The position numbers and the translations under genes are program-made. A stretch of 64,000 bases of DNA from Promethearchaeota archaeon (GTDB lineage Archaea; Asgardarchaeota; Thorarchaeia; Thorarchaeales; Thorarchaeaceae): positions 32,001-96,000 of the forward strand of contig WJMJ01000022.1 of the NCBI GenBank assembly GCA_014728035.1. The letters are read 5' to 3'. Under the pieces are notes generated by a model. It had not been told where the DNA came from, ran no database searches, and was given only the letters and a program-made list of their open reading frames with translations. Position 1 is the first letter of the stretch; every line of letters begins with the position of its first letter. Positions 38,638 through 47,499 of the stretch are shown here, in pieces.

Positions 38638-40029
38638 ATGGATGCGCCTATTCCCGTACATATTGGATTAGTAGGTCACATCGATCACGGAAAGACCGAA
38701 CTGGCTCGAGCTCTAAGTGAGAAAGTCTTCACGGCCGGTCTTGATCGTCATCCTCAAGCGAAGAAACGTGGAATCACAATAGATCTCGGGTTCACAATGT
38801 TCAACCTCGGGAATTTTCTAGTGACGCTTGTTGATGCACCCGGTCATGCAGATCTAATAAGGAGTGTTGTTGCTGGCGCAAATATCATTGATGCTGCAAT
38901 TCTTGTAGTAGCAGCTGATGAGGGGCCAAAGATTCAAACTGGAGAACATATCGTCGTTCTGAAATCCATGGGTATCACCAACATCTGTGTAGCTTTGACA
39001 AAATGTGATTTAGTTGGCGAAAAAAGTCAGAAGAAAGTAGCATCTCAAATGCGTGATATCTTCAAGTCTATTGGAATGAAATCTATCGATATTGTCCCAT
39101 TATCAGCAAAGACTGGCTATGGACTTGAGGCGTTACGAGAAGTACTTTTGAATACTCTTAAACCAAAAACACGCCTTGTTGACGGTTCTTTTCTACTTCC
39201 TATTGATCATGCATTTTCAGTTCGTGGGCATGGTACCGTTGCCACTGGGACTATTCTAAGTGGATCGATATCTCTGGGAGATTCTATCGAACTTATGCCA
39301 CAGGGAACTACCACAAAATTGCGAGCTATTCAAACTTTTGGAGTTGGTCGTGAATCAGCTCGGGCTGGTGATAGAGTTGGTTTCAATATTCCTGATATCA
39401 AATCTGAAATCATCAGCCGAGGAAACTATCTTTGTTCACCGGGCAGTATGAAAAAAACGAGTCATCTAGTGGTTAGAATTGAACGAAATGCATTGTACAA
39501 AGGACGTATATCAAAAGAAATGACTGTTAGTGCTACAGTAGGTATGCCAACAGTCACAGCAAAACTGATTCCATTTGTTGTTGAAACGGAAAAAAATTTG
39601 ATAATTCACGAGTCTACATCCAGTATCTTTGATGCTTTATTGCTTCTACAGCATGAAATTGCAGTCCAGCATGAAACAAAGGTTCTTCTTCTTCGTACCG
39701 ATTTACCTCCCAACTCAATGCGTATCATCGGTTCCGGCTATGTGATTAATTTCGATGGTGATATCCCTCTTCATAAAAAGAGGGTTCGTTACGGCCACAT
39801 CACTCGCATACGGGAAGATGATGTACTAGTCGAAGGTCTTGTTAGCAATAAAGAAGCCGCCTTGAAGTTGAGGGATTCACCAGTAAGGACCACCCAAGAC
39901 ATTTCTGGTGTAATTAAGATGCCATTTGGAACCCGAGGAGTTCTTTCTGTGGTTTTCGACCAAGAAGTTAATCTGGGTGAAAAGGTTATTTTTGAACAAT
40001 TTGTAGAGGTGAAAATCTCCAATGACTAA
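38638..40029 (+). CDS. selB: Selenocysteine-specific elongation factor
   Basis: GHIDHGKT; KRGITIDLGF; DAPGH; IDHAFSVRGHGTV.TGT; domain IV FGTRG; adjacent to SepSecS. Confidence 0.93.
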   Translation: MDAPIPVHIGLVGHIDHGKTELARALSEKVFTAGLDRHPQAKKRGITIDLGFTMFNLGNFLVTLVDAPGHADLIRSVVAGANIIDAAILVVAADEGPKIQTGEHIVVLKSMGITNICVALTKCDLVGEKSQKKVASQMRDIFKSIGMKSIDIVPLSAKTGYGLEALREVLLNTLKPKTRLVDGSFLLPIDHAFSVRGHGTVATGTILSGSISLGDSIELMPQGTTTKLRAIQTFGVGRESARAGDRVGFNIPDIKSEIISRGNYLCSPGSMKKTSHLVVRIERNALYKGRISKEMTVSATVGMPTVTAKLIPFVVETEKNLIIHESTSSIFDALLLLQHEIAVQHETKVLLLRTDLPPNSMRIIGSGYVINFDGDIPLHKKRVRYGHITRIREDDVLVEGLVSNKEAALKLRDSPVRTTQDISGVIKMPFGTRGVLSVVFDQEVNLGEKVIFEQFVEVKISND

Positions 40030-41341
40030 AGATTTGACTGAGCATCTACTTGATTTGATACCTACAAACATAAGTGACCGAGGAAAAATCACACTGGATG
40101 CTCGCCTTGCACCAATCCGAGATATATTAAATCGTCAGAGATTTCCTGCGACCCCTCTTACAGATTGGCAAATAGAACAGTTGTTGAACCTATTTTCATC
40201 TATGGATTCTGACAAAGATCCAGATGCTGCTCGGATGGGAGAACGTGAAGGTAGGGTTGCATCACCTCTTGTTTCACAACTTGCAGGTGGATTTAATCAT
40301 GGAATTGGACGCAGTGGGCGCATTTTAGCACCTCAACCCAAGGCTGCTGGTGCATCCTTGATGCAAAAACTAACCAATAATATCGTTCTTGATGCGATTA
40401 AACAGCTTGGCCTTCACAATGTTCGTGCAGCAATGATTCTCCCATTGGGAACCGGAATGAGTATAGCTCTCACATTAAGTATGCTGCGTCGTGAGTATAA
40501 TATTCAGAATGTGCTGTATCCAAGAATTGATCATACCTCCCCAAAGAGAGGTATTGATTTGGTCGGAGTCACGATGGTTTCAGTTGCAACCGAACTTAAA
40601 GGAGATGGTGTTCAAGTTGACATGAATGATTTTGAGAAAAAACTGGGAGATACCAAATCATCCTGTGTACTAGGTACATCTACGTTCTTTGCTCCAAGAG
40701 AATCTGACCCTATTAAACCAATGGCGAAAATGTGTTTGGAGCATGATGTTCCGTTTATTGTCAATAATGCGTACGGAATTCAGTCAGAATCCGTCATGGC
40801 ATCGATTAGTTCTGCTATTGATGCTGGGCGAGTAGATGCAGTGATACAGAGTACTGACAAGAACTTTCTAACCCCAGTTGGTGGCTCTATCGTCGTTTCA
40901 CCCAATGAATCCACCATAAATGAAATTGCAGAGAGCTATGCCGGACGTGCTACTGCTGCTCCGATTGTTCAGACATTGTCTTCTCTTCTTGCAATTGGAT
41001 ATGAGAGATACATCGAATTGCGTAAAATACAATTGGAGAACCGTCGGATGCTTGAATCGCTCCTTGCTGATGAAGCTGAACGCTTGAACCAACGAGTTCT
41101 AGATATTGACAATCCTGTTTCATGTGCACTAACATTGGATGGATTTGATGTACGCGAGATTGGCGCAAGATTATACCAGCATAGAGTAACTGGTCCTCGT
41201 GCAGTGCAGAAGAATTCGTACGGTTCCTGTATCGAAGGTTATCCTCATGATTACCTCGTGATGAACGCTGCGATTGGATCCCAAAAGAAAGACATTACCA
41301 TTGCTGTGGACCGGTTAATTTCAGAATTAAAGAAAATATGA
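40022..41341 (+). CDS. spcS: O-phosphoseryl-tRNA(Sec) selenium transferase SepSecS
   Basis: GEREGR; HGIGRSG..PQPKAAG; NNAYG; QSTDKNF (PLP Lys); YAGRA. Confidence 0.96.
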   Translation: MTKDLTEHLLDLIPTNISDRGKITLDARLAPIRDILNRQRFPATPLTDWQIEQLLNLFSSMDSDKDPDAARMGEREGRVASPLVSQLAGGFNHGIGRSGRILAPQPKAAGASLMQKLTNNIVLDAIKQLGLHNVRAAMILPLGTGMSIALTLSMLRREYNIQNVLYPRIDHTSPKRGIDLVGVTMVSVATELKGDGVQVDMNDFEKKLGDTKSSCVLGTSTFFAPRESDPIKPMAKMCLEHDVPFIVNNAYGIQSESVMASISSAIDAGRVDAVIQSTDKNFLTPVGGSIVVSPNESTINEIAESYAGRATAAPIVQTLSSLLAIGYERYIELRKIQLENRRMLESLLADEAERLNQRVLDIDNPVSCALTLDGFDVREIGARLYQHRVTGPRAVQKNSYGSCIEGYPHDYLVMNAAIGSQKKDITIAVDRLISELKKI

Positions 41342-41454
41342 CAATATCATGTACTCTTGTTTAAATCCCAAGAGGTTATATATATAGGGTAAAAACCATC
41401 TTTTGTAGAATCATTATACGTAGACGGTCTCTATTCGAAACATAGCAGAGAGGC

Positions 41455-42114
41455 ATGATGCTAATGGAAGAAATACAGGACAAGAAACACATCGACAAAG
41501 CAATTAGCTACACCATTCCAGACTCGGCTGTGGTTTTTAGAATTGCATGGTATACTGTCGCTTCAAAACCTGGTGCAATACTAAATGAATACAGCGAAGC
41601 AGAGAGTCAAATCTTCAAGGGAAAAGCAATTTTTTCCGTTAAGTATCAAGACACCCCAATTTACGTAAGAGTATGGGTTGAAGAAGCTCAAACGTCTGTT
41701 GAATTAACCGCATGGGGTGATGATGAATCCCTTCTAGAATCCTATCTTACTGAAACTCTCTCAGCTCTCAATGAGTCTTTGAACAAATACACATCATTAG
41801 AGAAAGAAAACAAACTGAAGTTGCATAAAGCTCTGGTTGCTAAGACTTGTTGGGACCGCTTAGTGTTTGAAATTCTAAACAAAGCACCTTTGTCTGCAGT
41901 ATATATCCAAGTAGCTCATGGTCGTGAGATGTCGATTAAAGCCACTGAAGGAGAGGATATGCACCCTCTAACTCTTACCACATCAGGATGGCTTTCAAAG
42001 ATTGATTCACTCCCTCGTGAGGAACCTCTCCCCTCTGATATTGCTACTGAATTAGCCAAGAAGTCTGTTGAGTGGAAAAAGGAAACTCACGAAATAATTC
42101 GTAGATATCTCTAG
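41455..42114 (+). CDS. Hypothetical protein within the Sec cluster
   Basis: 219-aa ORF with its own TATA-like TTATATATA; no motif recognised. Confidence 0.75.
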   Translation: MMLMEEIQDKKHIDKAISYTIPDSAVVFRIAWYTVASKPGAILNEYSEAESQIFKGKAIFSVKYQDTPIYVRVWVEEAQTSVELTAWGDDESLLESYLTETLSALNESLNKYTSLEKENKLKLHKALVAKTCWDRLVFEILNKAPLSAVYIQVAHGREMSIKATEGEDMHPLTLTTSGWLSKIDSLPREEPLPSDIATELAKKSVEWKKETHEIIRRYL

Positions 42115-42128
42115 AACTTCTCAGTGTT

Positions 42129-42219
42129 GGCCTTCTATAGGGGCGGTGGTCCGCTTCCGTGGGCTTCAAACCCATGATCGTGCAAGCGATTAGAGTTCGA
42201 TTCTCTTAGGAGGCCGCCA
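42129..42219 (+). tRNA. selC: tRNA-Sec (anticodon UCA), 9/4 fold, CCA encoded
   Basis: Acceptor stem GGCCTTCTA/TAGGAGGCC (9 bp), D-stem GGGGCGG/CCGCTTC (7 bp), anticodon loop CTTCAAA, long variable arm, 4-bp T-stem AGAG/CTCT with TTCGATT loop, G discriminator plus CCA. Confidence 0.96.
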
Positions 42220-42961
42220 ATTCTTCTTCTAATCGGTCTCTCAAAATTTTCGTCGTTTCATCCAATGAGAGGTTCTCGCTATTCGCTTTATTTAGAACTT
42301 CTTTTCTAACTTTCAGTATATCTTGCGAACCTCGATATTCTTTATGTTTGGTAAAGAAACCAGCAAGTATTCTTCGTGTGACTCTGTCTCGTTGGTCTTG
42401 GTCCGATATTCCTTCTTTGTTGTCTGATTTTTCTTGTCTAGGTATTGAAGAAAGAATCTTTTTCAAATGACCAATAGCTACTTCAATGGAATCATTATTA
42501 GGGTCATATTGGAATAACGGTTCATCCCAAGCATATTTCTTTCCGGGTGTATCTAATCGACTTGCAATTCTTTCAATCACATATGGTGGTATTACCCTCT
42601 TACGACCCTCATTCCATTTCAATGCAATATCCCGTGGAGTCGTTATATGAATCACCCCAAAGTCGCATTTGTATTTTTCAGCTAGTTTTAGTAATTCGTG
42701 ACGCATACTTGTATAATAGTTCGTGTCGTCATGGATGATGCTTTTCCCTTGACTAAGCATTTCATCCGTTTTGTCAAGTGCTGAGGCTCTTACTTCATTC
42801 TCCTTCTCTGGTTTGAATTCGGAATAATATTCCTCATCTCTCCATGTGTCTGTATTTATTATCTCAAAATCATATGCAGGAATCATTGTTTTGATAGATT
42901 TTGCAAAAGTAGATTTTCCAGAAGAAGGGATACCACAGAGAACGAGCAGAATCTGTTTCAT
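42206..42961 (-). CDS. pstK: L-seryl-tRNA(Sec) kinase
   Basis: GIPSSGKST; DDTNYY.SMR; N..R..IP..VI; PGKKYAWD.P; adjacent to tRNA-Sec. Confidence 0.93.
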   Translation of the reverse strand: MKQILLVLCGIPSSGKSTFAKSIKTMIPAYDFEIINTDTWRDEEYYSEFKPEKENEVRASALDKTDEMLSQGKSIIHDDTNYYTSMRHELLKLAEKYKCDFGVIHITTPRDIALKWNEGRKRVIPPYVIERIASRLDTPGKKYAWDEPLFQYDPNNDSIEVAIGHLKKILSSIPRQEKSDNKEGISDQDQRDRVTRRILAGFFTKHKEYRGSQDILKVRKEVLNKANSENLSLDETTKILRDRLEEELAAS

Positions 42962-43003
42962 ATCAGCTCTGCTCGCTTTTTCTATGATGTTTTAAACTAA
43001 GTA

Positions 43004-43960
43004 CTATGCGAATCTGCCTTCTGAAGGATCCATAGTAATCTGTAGGTTCTTCACAAGCTCTTTGTATCTATTACGTACAGTCACCTCAGTCACATTGCTT
43101 GCTTGAGCAATCTCACGTTGTGTACGTCGATCATCTTCTATGATTCCTGCAATGTATAGAGCTGCTGCTGCAATACCACCTGGGTCCTTGCCTACAGTGA
43201 TTCCTTTCTGTCTAGCATCTTCGATAATGTCTGTTGCTCGTTTAATGGTGCGTCCTTGGACTCCTAAGTCTGCAGATATTCTTGGAATGAGGTTCTTCGC
43301 TGATGGAAGAGGTACTTTCATGTCAAGATATCTGATAAGAAGGCGAACAGCTTGACCGAGTTTCTTTCTGTCAATTCTACTCTCGTCAGCAAGTTCGTCA
43401 AGTCGACGTGGAATCTTGTGAATTCTACATGCTAAGTATACCGCTGCTGCTACGACACTTTCAATACTTCTGCCACGGGCTAGTTTCTTGCTTAGTGCCT
43501 TTCTGTAGATAAGTGCAGAGCGTTCACGAGTTTCATGAGGTATTCCTAGCTGTGAACTTAATCTTTTCAACTCATTAAGGGCGATTCTTAGATTCCTTTG
43601 GTCCGAACTATGAGCTTGTGTTCTGATCTGCCATTTTCTCATTCGGTAAATGGACGCTCTAGTGCTTGCCTTGATTGGCCTTCCACTTGCGTCTCGATTA
43701 CTCCAGCTTATTGTAGTAGAGAGTCCTTTGTCTGCAACCATTACACTCATTGGCGCTCCTGTTCTTTCACGGGATTCTCTCTCTTCAGCTGTGAAAGCTC
43801 TCCACTCAGGGCCAGTATCAATTGTGCCTTCACCAGCTACACATCCGCATGATGTGCAGATTGTTTCGCCGCGTTTTCTATCTTCATAGAATTCTTCTGC
43901 GCCGCAAAGCGTGCATACAGTTTCTCTGTTGTCTTTGACTTTTTTGCCATCTATACCCAT
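43004..43960 (-). CDS. tfb: Transcription initiation factor IIB paralogue 2
   Basis: CTLCG..CTSCG; GPEWRAF; two cyclin repeats; TEVTVRNRY; start ATG 43960 or 43999. Confidence 0.95.
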   Translation of the reverse strand: MGIDGKKVKDNRETVCTLCGAEEFYEDRKRGETICTSCGCVAGEGTIDTGPEWRAFTAEERESRERTGAPMSVMVADKGLSTTISWSNRDASGRPIKASTRASIYRMRKWQIRTQAHSSDQRNLRIALNELKRLSSQLGIPHETRERSALIYRKALSKKLARGRSIESVVAAAVYLACRIHKIPRRLDELADESRIDRKKLGQAVRLLIRYLDMKVPLPSAKNLIPRISADLGVQGRTIKRATDIIEDARQKGITVGKDPGGIAAAALYIAGIIEDDRRTQREIAQASNVTEVTVRNRYKELVKNLQITMDPSEGRFA

Positions 43961-44210
43961 TTTAACGACCTTCAAACGAAGGATCTTCTGTCTCTCCATC
44001 TCGGATAATATTAAGTTTGATTATCATTTCTCATAATTCTATGATATGGAGGGACATATGATTCCGAGTTGCATGCACAAATTGTATTTTACACTTATAA
44101 AAGGTCGGAATTGAGTGTCAAATTACTGAATATTTTGCAATCTTGCTTATACTTGCTGTAAATTATTCATGCGCAGCTAATACTATCTCCATTATGAATA
44201 CTGAAACTGA

Positions 44211-44240
44211 TAAAGGGAGTGTTTACAATTGCTCCCTTTA
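44211..44240 (-). terminator. Hairpin after TFB paralogue 3
   Basis: TAAAGGGAGT-10nt-GCTCCCTTTA. Confidence 0.5.
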
Positions 44241-44261
44241 CCAAGATTTGTAAAAAACGCT

Positions 44262-45206
44262 TTATGGTCTAATTGTGATTTGCAAATTGGTCGCGAGGTC
44301 TTTGTATCTGTTTCGAACAGTTACCTCAGTTACATTGCTTGCTTCTGCTATCTCACGCTGTGTTCGTCGGTCGTCTTCAATGATGCCAGCAATGTATAAT
44401 GCTGCAGCAGCAAGACCACCTGGATCTTTCCCAGCTGTGATTCCTTTCTCTCTAGCTTCATTGATTATATTCATAGCAGTCTGAACAGTCTTGCCATCAA
44501 GCTCCAAGTCTGCTGAAATCCGTGGCATTAGATCGTTCGCTGATGGAATAGGAACTTTCACATCAACATATCGAAGTATGAGTCTCACACATTGCCCTAA
44601 TTCCTTTCTATTAACTCTGGCTTCTGTTACAATTTCGTCAAGTTGACGAGGGATCTTATGAATCCGGCATGAAAGGTATATTGAAGCTGATACCATACCT
44701 TCAATGCTTCTTCCTCGTACAAGTCTTTTTGTTAGTGCTTTTCTGTAGATGAGTGCAGCAGTTTCTTTTGTTTCACGAGGAACTCCTAACTGAGAAGTGA
44801 GTCTATCCATCTCACTCATGGCAATACTGAGGTTGCGATGTTGTGAGCTATGTACTAAGGTTCTAATTTGCCATTTTCTCATTCGATAGATTTCAGCACG
44901 TTTTGTAGCTGCTATTGCTCTACCATTAGCATCACGGTCGCTCCAACTAATGGTTGTTGCAAGACCTTTATCTGCCATAGTGAGGGTCATTGGCGAACCA
45001 GTTCTGGCTCGTGCATCTCTCTCTTCAGCGGTGAAGGCACGCCACTCAGGCCCTGAATCCATTATACGTTCATTAACAACACATCCACATGATGTGCAGA
45101 TATTCTCTCCTCTTGTTATGTCTTCATAGAATTCTGTTCCTCCACAAATAGAGCAAACAGCTGATGGTTTTCGCCTATCACCCAATGACCTGACTGGTTT
45201 TGCCAA
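44262..45206 (-). CDS. tfb: Transcription initiation factor IIB paralogue 3
   Basis: CSICG..CTSCG; GPEWRAF; GRSIE; TEVTVRNRY; SD AGGTGA with TTG start. Confidence 0.96.
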   Translation of the reverse strand: MAKPVRSLGDRRKPSAVCSICGGTEFYEDITRGENICTSCGCVVNERIMDSGPEWRAFTAEERDARARTGSPMTLTMADKGLATTISWSDRDANGRAIAATKRAEIYRMRKWQIRTLVHSSQHRNLSIAMSEMDRLTSQLGVPRETKETAALIYRKALTKRLVRGRSIEGMVSASIYLSCRIHKIPRQLDEIVTEARVNRKELGQCVRLILRYVDVKVPIPSANDLMPRISADLELDGKTVQTAMNIINEAREKGITAGKDPGGLAAAALYIAGIIEDDRRTQREIAEASNVTEVTVRNRYKDLATNLQITIRP

Positions 45207-45427
45207 TTTAAATCACCTTGATGAATTCTCTCTTGGAATATGGTCTTCTATATGAAGTTCGGAAACTGCAAATAGCACTGCACTTAGAGAGAGAACACTT
45301 TTTTCGAATCCCCTCATTTTCAGTATTTAAGTTTAAGCATCTATGAGAAATTGTTCTACAAACATCTGGTTTGCATTGGGGTCAAAAAAGGTATGGGGAA
45401 GGAAAAAGTCCTTCCTACTAACCATGT

Positions 45428-46003
45428 TTATTCTAGACAGCTCATTTCACGAATAACTGCATCGGGAATAATGTGTATGTTTTCGTATATTGTATCTCCT
45501 TCATCAATCATCGTTTTTGCAAGAGCTATCTTGACAAGACCATCCTTTCTACCTAGGAAATATCCTGCAATAAATTGTAATGGAACCTGCTTGTCAATTG
45601 CCTCTTCTTTAGTCATTGGACAGCATTCCACTCCTGGGCTCTCATAACTAACCTCAACTAATTCATGCCCGTCGCAAAACTCCAGTCTCGAGAGGTGTTT
45701 GGTCTTATTTGTGATTCGTTCTTTGCCGGTCATACTATGAACAGTTGTGGCATCGTAATGGAAAGGATCACCACGTTGTTTGTGAATACTGGGAACCAGA
45801 TAGAGTGTCCTATCTTCCATGGACTCTACTTTGTTGCTACCATCATCAACAAATTTCTTGTCGGTACTCTCTCCAACCAAATATCGCACATGGAAATGTT
45901 TCGCATCAACAAGTTTCTTTTCGTCACCATCTTGTACTGTAATCATTGTATTGTCCCACAATTCTACAGGATTAAACGGATTGTTTTCTAACTCACTCAT
46001 CAT
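45428..46003 (-). CDS. Hypothetical protein
   Basis: 191-aa ORF with SD AGGTG; beta-rich C-terminal domain. Confidence 0.75.
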   Translation of the reverse strand: MMSELENNPFNPVELWDNTMITVQDGDEKKLVDAKHFHVRYLVGESTDKKFVDDGSNKVESMEDRTLYLVPSIHKQRGDPFHYDATTVHSMTGKERITNKTKHLSRLEFCDGHELVEVSYESPGVECCPMTKEEAIDKQVPLQFIAGYFLGRKDGLVKIALAKTMIDEGDTIYENIHIIPDAVIREMSCLE

Positions 46004-46017
46004 CTACACCTTTAAGG

Positions 46018-46041
46018 TATAATTAACTATGGTTAATTATA
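46018..46041. promoter_or_regulatory. Inverted repeat, candidate operator
   Basis: TATAATTAAC-TATG-GTTAATTATA in a divergent intergenic region. Confidence 0.45.
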
Positions 46042-46182
46042 ACTGAGATTGTTTATCAAACTTTCGAACGTGGTATTTATGTAAAAAAGTGAGAAGCAAC
46101 TGTTCGACCATGTAGCAATATATGATATAAGACACCAATCCATTCCAATATCATAATCCAACACAAATGATGGTGTGATAAA

Positions 46183-46881
46183 ATGGCTTTCGGGTTACTT
46201 CATATTCTCTTCTTAATTTCAGGAGTGCTTATAGTAGGATGTATTCTTTTTCTTTCTAGACGCTATATGGCTCAGAAAAATACCTTGACATTGGTATTCA
46301 CGCTATTTCTGATATCTTATGCCATTATTGGGTTTGCATACGGATTGAGAGGATTTTTTGATCCTCAAACTGCACCAGAGATTCTCCTCTGGGTTCTGAC
46401 GAACTTAATGTATCCCATTATGGTTGTACCTTTAGCAGTATTCCTCGCCTACCCTTATCTTCAAGAACAAATTGGAACTCTTACTGGTTTCATAACTCGC
46501 TTAGTTATGATATTTGCTTTTGTAGTAGTTGTCTTCAATTGGGGTGTCATTTTTACATCAGATATTGAATTCACCTATATCGATCTCTTTGAGCTTACTC
46601 ATTATGCTCTTGTTTCAGATTTTATTCCCTATGCATATTATTTGACTCTCCTTCTGGATATAGTCGTAGCGACTTTCTCAGCTATATTTTTGGCAATATC
46701 CTTCAAGAGGGAAACAGACTCTGTGTACAAACAAAAGGCACTATTCCTCTTGCTCGGTTGGCTGTTAGTATCTTATGGGCAATTGCTTCTACTAAGTCCA
46801 ACTCTCGCAATCATTCATCCTCTTACCTCTATGAGCGGTGTTATTCTCCTTGTGCTCGGAGTTATCCGTAGCAGTTCATAG
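46183..46881 (+). CDS. Stand-alone seven-transmembrane protein
   Basis: Seven hydrophobic segments of about 20-25 aa in 232 aa; no soluble output domain. Confidence 0.75.
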   Translation: MAFGLLHILFLISGVLIVGCILFLSRRYMAQKNTLTLVFTLFLISYAIIGFAYGLRGFFDPQTAPEILLWVLTNLMYPIMVVPLAVFLAYPYLQEQIGTLTGFITRLVMIFAFVVVVFNWGVIFTSDIEFTYIDLFELTHYALVSDFIPYAYYLTLLLDIVVATFSAIFLAISFKRETDSVYKQKALFLLLGWLLVSYGQLLLLSPTLAIIHPLTSMSGVILLVLGVIRSSS

Positions 46882-46924
46882 ACGTTAGGATTACACCTAT
46901 ATGAATTGTCTAATGTGATGACAT

Positions 46925-47422
46925 ATGACAGGAAAGGTGGTCAAGATGGCATTGGTAGGTGCTGGTGGAGCTGGTAAAACTACCATTGCCTCTCGCCTTA
47001 TCACAGGTGAGTTCATCGAAACTCTGATGACCATTGGGATAAACATCGAGACCTGGAAACTAGAAGATGATGCTAGCGATTCGGATGTCACGGTGGCTCT
47101 TTTCGATCTTGGAGGTCAGAATCAATTCAGATTCTTTCAAAAGAGTCTTCTCAGTGGTACTCATGCAGTTATTCTTGTCGTTGACATGACCCGTCTACCA
47201 ACACTTTTCGAACTTGATGACTGGATCAAACTTATCCAACATGTTGACAAAGAAATGTGGCTACTTGTTGGGAATAAATGTGATGATCATATCATGATGA
47301 CGGAGGATGATATCCGTAAGAAAGCAGAAGAAATAGGAATCCCCTATGTCATTCTCAGTGCTAAAACTGGCGAAGGGTTTGATGAATTGGTTGAGCGTAT
47401 TATTGATATGATGCGAAATTAG
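46925..47422 (+). CDS. Ras-superfamily (Rab/Arf-like) small GTPase
   Basis: G1 GAGGAGKTT, G2 TIG, G3 DLGGQ, G4 NKCD, G5 SAK. Confidence 0.93.
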   Translation: MTGKVVKMALVGAGGAGKTTIASRLITGEFIETLMTIGINIETWKLEDDASDSDVTVALFDLGGQNQFRFFQKSLLSGTHAVILVVDMTRLPTLFELDDWIKLIQHVDKEMWLLVGNKCDDHIMMTEDDIRKKAEEIGIPYVILSAKTGEGFDELVERIIDMMRN

Positions 47423-47499
47423 TGCAACTCTCTCTCAATCAACCTTTTATTGTCATGCGCAAAACTATAATCATTCAATTAGTTTGCAGAGGTATTTGT

